Positions 28,976-32,000 of a DNA stretch of 32,000 bases are shown here, one piece after another. Within the stretch, counting starts at the first letter, position 1. Every line of letters starts with the position of its first letter. The notes below the pieces were generated by a model that saw nothing but the letters and a program-made list of their open reading frames with translations, did not search any database and was not told where the DNA came from. Location: the NCBI GenBank assembly GCA_038735675.1, contig JAVYNJ010000002.1:1-32000 (forward strand), in the 5' to 3' direction. Made by a program: the position numbers and the translations under genes. Source of the stretch: Nanopusillaceae archaeon (GTDB lineage Archaea; Nanobdellota; Nanobdellia; Nanobdellales; Nanobdellaceae).

Positions 28976-29028
28976 TCAGAATGGGAACTTTTCTTCATTT
29001 ATCCTGAACCCCGAATCTTCATCATCTT
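28976..29028 (-). ncRNA. Candidate C/D box sRNA, ending 4 nt upstream of tRNA-Leu
   Basis: Minus strand: aag-ATGATGA(C)-agattcggggttc-AGGA(D', degenerate)-taa-ATGAAGA(C', 1 mismatch)-aaagttcccatt(12 nt)-CTGA(D)-tttt-[tRNA-Leu +1]. The C-to-D span is 50 nt. Guide segments are GC-richer than the flanks. Confidence 0.6.
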
Positions 29029-29060
29029 ATATATAATTTTTCTTTTGGAAAAATATTTTT

Positions 29061-30056
29061 ATGATAACTTATATCGATCTTTTAAAATGGTTTATTGAAA
29101 ATCAAGAAAAAATAAATAACTCAATCGTTAGAGATGTTTTTTCAATAAAAAACGGTTTAGTTTTAGAAATATACAAAAAGGATTTAGAAAAAAGATATCT
29201 TTATATAATTCCGGGTAAAATAATTTTTTTATCTGACAAAAAATTAGAAAAAATAAAAAATAAATTTTCGGATAAATTAAAAAAAGATTTGATAAATAAA
29301 AAAATTCAAATATCTTTAGAAGATGATAAAATTTTAATAATAGAATCTGAAAACATCAAAATATATTGTGAATTAATTCCTAATGGATTAATAGTTGTAA
29401 CTGATATGGAAAATAAAATATTATATGCTACAAAATACAAGGATTTCGGATATAGAAAGATAAAATCAAATGAAAAATATCTTAAACCCCCAAAAAATTT
29501 TATTGTTGCAATAGAAATTTCTAAATTTAAGGAAAAGTTAGAAAAAACAAATAAAAAAGATATTGTTAGATTTTTAGCTATAGATTTAGGATTATCTGGA
29601 AAGTATGCCGAATATATACTAGAAAATCTAAATATTGAAAAATCAAAAAGTCCAAAAGATCTTTCCGATACAGAAATTGTCAATATTTTTAACCTTTACA
29701 AAAACTTATTTGAAAAAAAAGAAGTACTTTATGAAAATCAATGGTATTCTGATGTAAATTCTCTTTTTGAAAAGATATATTTTGATGAAGAAATAGAAAA
29801 TAAAAAGAAAATTATTGAAAAAAAGAAAGAAGAAATTAAAAAAATACTTGAAGATCAAAAACAAAAACTTTCAGATTTTGAAGAAGAAATAAAAAATTTA
29901 ATGGATATAGCCAACTTAATAAAGGAAAATTATTGGATATTTCAAGATTATAACATCGAAAATATAGAAAAATTTCTTAAATCTAAAAATTTAGATTTCT
30001 CAGTCGAAAAAAAAGATGGTAAAATATTTATAAAAATTAAAAACATAAATTCTTAA
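29061..30056 (+). CDS. NFACT-N/HhH/coiled-coil protein (N-terminal half of an Rqc2/NEMF/FbpA-like ribosome quality-control factor)
   Basis: IDLLKWFIENQEKINNSIVRDVFSIKNGLVLEIYKK...YLYIIPGKIIFLSD...KIYCELIPNGLIVVTDMENKILYATKYKDFGYRKIKSNEKYLKPP follows the NFACT-N pattern. HhH-like LAIDLGLSGKYAEYILENLNI, then a K/E coiled coil. No NFACT-R/DUF814 part; 331 aa. Confidence 0.6.
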   Translation: MITYIDLLKWFIENQEKINNSIVRDVFSIKNGLVLEIYKKDLEKRYLYIIPGKIIFLSDKKLEKIKNKFSDKLKKDLINKKIQISLEDDKILIIESENIKIYCELIPNGLIVVTDMENKILYATKYKDFGYRKIKSNEKYLKPPKNFIVAIEISKFKEKLEKTNKKDIVRFLAIDLGLSGKYAEYILENLNIEKSKSPKDLSDTEIVNIFNLYKNLFEKKEVLYENQWYSDVNSLFEKIYFDEEIENKKKIIEKKKEEIKKILEDQKQKLSDFEEEIKNLMDIANLIKENYWIFQDYNIENIEKFLKSKNLDFSVEKKDGKIFIKIKNINS

Positions 30057-30124
30057 TTTTCATATACAAAAATATGAGAAATATATATCGAAAGATTATT
30101 AAATTAACTTGTAATATATTATGA

Positions 30125-30283
30125 ATGGTAGGAGAAAAGTACACTGGATTTTGTGTTAAATGTAAAAAAAATGTAGAGATAAAAAACGCCGAAATGGTTA
30201 CTTTAAAGAATGGTCGAACTGCTGTAAGAGGAGTATGTCCAAATTGCGGCACGAAAGTATTTAGATTTATAAAATCTTCTTAA
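30125..30283 (+). CDS. Unannotated 52-aa zinc-ribbon protein (CxxC...CxxC)
   Basis: Hand translation: MVGEKYTGFCVKCKKNVEIKNAEMVTLKNGRTAVRGVCPNCGTKVFRFIKSS*. The pattern C-V-K-C-K...K-N-G-R...G-x-C-P-x-C-G-T-K-x-F-R matches a widespread small zinc-ribbon family (DUF5679-like, from memory). The ORF track shows only an antisense ORF here. Confidence 0.7.
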   Translation: MVGEKYTGFCVKCKKNVEIKNAEMVTLKNGRTAVRGVCPNCGTKVFRFIKSS

Positions 30284-30288
30284 TTTTT

Positions 30289-32000
30289 TTAAATATAGTA
30301 TTCTTTTCTTAACTTTTGCATTCTATCTAGATAGCTATTTAATTTGTTTATCTTCGGAATCTTATTAACTTCATCTCTTCTTATGGTAACATTTATAATT
30401 TCTAAAAATTTGTTAAACGCAATTTTATTATCTAAAGGTCCATATATAATACCTTTAACTCCTGGCTCTCCATCAAAAATCAACATATTATCGGCTATAT
30501 AATCTAATAAAACAATATCGTGGTCTATAACTAGAGCTGCCTTATCTTTAGATTTAATTATATCTCTTATAAATTTTGCTAAATTTATTCTTTGTTCTAT
30601 ATCTAAAAAAGCAAAGGGTTCATCTAATACATATAAATCTGCCTCCTTTACTAAGGTAGAAAAACAATATAAAGTTTGTAATTCTCCTCCAGATAGTGTA
30701 TTAACCTTATGATCTAGCAAATCGGATAAATTAAGTCTTATTAAATATTCTTCATAATATTTCCTATAATCTGGATTATATTGACGTATAAACTCTTCTA
30801 CAGTAATATTCAAATCTGAAAAATCAAAATACTGTTTTTTATATGATAAAGTACATTTTTTACTTAAAATTCCTTCAAAATTTAATTCTCCAGATATTAA
30901 TTTTGCAAAAGTTGATTTTCCTATTCCATTTCTGCCTATAACGCCTATTATTTCTCTTTCTCTTATAAAACCACTTTCAGATTCTAAAGTAAAACCATCT
31001 AATTTTACTTTTAAATTCTTCCATTCTACTATTTTTTCTCCTATTTTTTTATCAGTATATGGCTTTACTTCAAATCTTATTGCTTTATCTCTTATTTTCA
31101 GATTTTCCTTTTTAATATATCCCTCTAAATATTGATTTATTCCCTCACTAGTTCCGATAGGAGTAGAAAAAATACCATATGCTTTTTGTACACCATAAAC
31201 AATATGAATTATATCAGCAAGAGAATTTATAAATGAAAGATCATGATCAATTATTAAAATTGAATCTCCAAGATCTTTTAACTCAAGTATTTTGGACGCT
31301 AACTTTATTCTTTCGTATATATCTAAATAGTTTGTTAGCTCATCTATTAATAAAACATCGTGTTTTTTGTATATAGAAAATATAAAAACTATCTTTTGTA
31401 ATTCTCCTCCAGATAGTTCTTTTATTCTTCTATTTAAAATTTTTTCTAAAGAATATTCCTCTATTATTTTATTTTGATCATCTCCAGATAATTCTCTAAT
31501 TAATTCATTAACAGTTTTATCTCCGTAAAACTTCAGGAAAATAAAAATATTCTGCGGCTTATAGGAAATTTTTATTTGATTATTATATAATCTTTCAAAA
31601 TATTTCTGCAATTCAGTTCCTCTAAAATTAGAAATTATTTCTTTATTTTCAAAATTTTTATTATACTGACCAAAATTTGGTTTTAATATTCCAGCTAACA
31701 AAGATATAGCTGTAGATTTTCCTATTCCATTTCTTCCAATTATTCCAACTATATTTCCTTCTTTAATTAAGGGTAAACCATACAATCTAAAAGTATTAGG
31801 ACCATATTGAAATACTAATCCGCTATTTGGTTCTTTTGAGATATTTATAATATTTATAGCCTTAAATGGACATTTTTTAACGCATATTCCACAACCGATA
31901 CAGAGAACTTCATCTATTGTTGGTTTTTCATTTACTATATTGAAAATTGGTTTTTTATTCCTTTGAACAGGACAAACTGATATACAAATGTAGTTACATT
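30289..32000 (-). CDS. abce1: ABCE1 / RNase L inhibitor (ribosome recycling ATPase), N-terminus runs past window edge
   Basis: Two ABC cassettes (GIIGRNGIGKST / LSGGELQK..LLIDE and GVIGRNGIGKST / LSGGELQT..YVLDEP). The frame stays open upstream of the track's TTG 'start' (31785) to position 32000. That extension encodes the Fe-S domain ..CNYICISVCPVQRNKKP...CIGCGICVKKCPFKAI. Confidence 0.95.
   Translation of the reverse strand, partial: CNYICISVCPVQRNKKPIFNIVNEKPTIDEVLCIGCGICVKKCPFKAINIINISKEPNSGLVFQYGPNTFRLYGLPLIKEGNIVGIIGRNGIGKSTAISLLAGILKPNFGQYNKNFENKEIISNFRGTELQKYFERLYNNQIKISYKPQNIFIFLKFYGDKTVNELIRELSGDDQNKIIEEYSLEKILNRRIKELSGGELQKIVFIFSIYKKHDVLLIDELTNYLDIYERIKLASKILELKDLGDSILIIDHDLSFINSLADIIHIVYGVQKAYGIFSTPIGTSEGINQYLEGYIKKENLKIRDKAIRFEVKPYTDKKIGEKIVEWKNLKVKLDGFTLESESGFIREREIIGVIGRNGIGKSTFAKLISGELNFEGILSKKCTLSYKKQYFDFSDLNITVEEFIRQYNPDYRKYYEEYLIRLNLSDLLDHKVNTLSGGELQTLYCFSTLVKEADLYVLDEPFAFLDIEQRINLAKFIRDIIKSKDKAALVIDHDIVLLDYIADNMLIFDGEPGVKGIIYGPLDNKIAFNKFLEIINVTIRRDEVNKIPKINKLNSYLDRMQKLRKEYYI

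Noticed and set aside
29006-29018. cggggttc resembling a tRNA T-arm; considered a split-tRNA half gene of the type known from Nanoarchaeum
   Set aside because: There is no complementary T-stem strand, acceptor strand or GC-rich splint sequence. The segment is explained better as the D' guide of the C/D sRNA candidate.
30037-30252. ORF-track 71-aa minus-strand ORF
   Set aside because: It is antisense to a well-formed CxxC...CxxC zinc-ribbon ORF, has a low-complexity hydrophobic sequence, and has no plausible promoter spacing.
31783-31785. TTG 'start' of the ABCE1 ORF given in the track
   Set aside because: The frame remains open upstream to the window edge and encodes the canonical ABCE1 4Fe-4S domain (CPVQ..., CIGCGICVKKCP). 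The true start is therefore beyond position 32000.

Overview
Extremely AT-rich (by eye roughly 25% GC), very tightly packed archaeal chromosome segment. The three tRNA genes have almost all-G:C stems. Together with a tRNA-Ile(UAU), many 4-nt ATGA/GTGA/TAATG start-stop overlaps and TATA-like boxes about 27 nt upstream of start codons (consistent with leaderless mRNAs), this suggests a reduced-genome thermophilic DPANN/Nanoarchaeota-like symbiont. That taxonomic call is inference, not a database result. Positions 7774-32000 are almost entirely information-processing housekeeping genes: ArgRS, MCM, an RPA32-like OB/wH protein, aIF2-beta, a DUF424-like protein, an NMD3-like Zn protein, aIF1A, L21e, Rpo4/F, DUF655, fibrillarin, Nop5, S10, EF-1alpha, IleRS, TBP, proteasome beta, aCPSF1, thymidylate kinase, topoisomerase IA, an NFACT-N protein, ABCE1 and 3 tRNAs. 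Positions 1-7735 are the unusual part. They hold 13 co-directional, overlap-coupled minus-strand genes. Four are absent from the ORF track: three micro-ORFs and one edge-truncated gene. Every product starts with a charged tip plus a long hydrophobic helix (pilin-like / class III signal-like), and none has a recognisable enzymatic motif. The array includes a tandem paralog pair and Flp/Epd-sized mini-proteins. I read it as a candidate uncharacterised pilus-like or host-contact surface apparatus. Other hand-found items are a C/D-box sRNA candidate abutting tRNA-Leu, a 56-aa hyper-acidic Trp-periodic micro-protein hidden in a GA-rich repeat, a 52-aa zinc-ribbon gene, an apparently truncated or split NFACT/Rqc2 gene, and a ~100-aa segment in IleRS that looks like an insertion. 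I saw no CRISPR array, IS element, integrase or rRNA.
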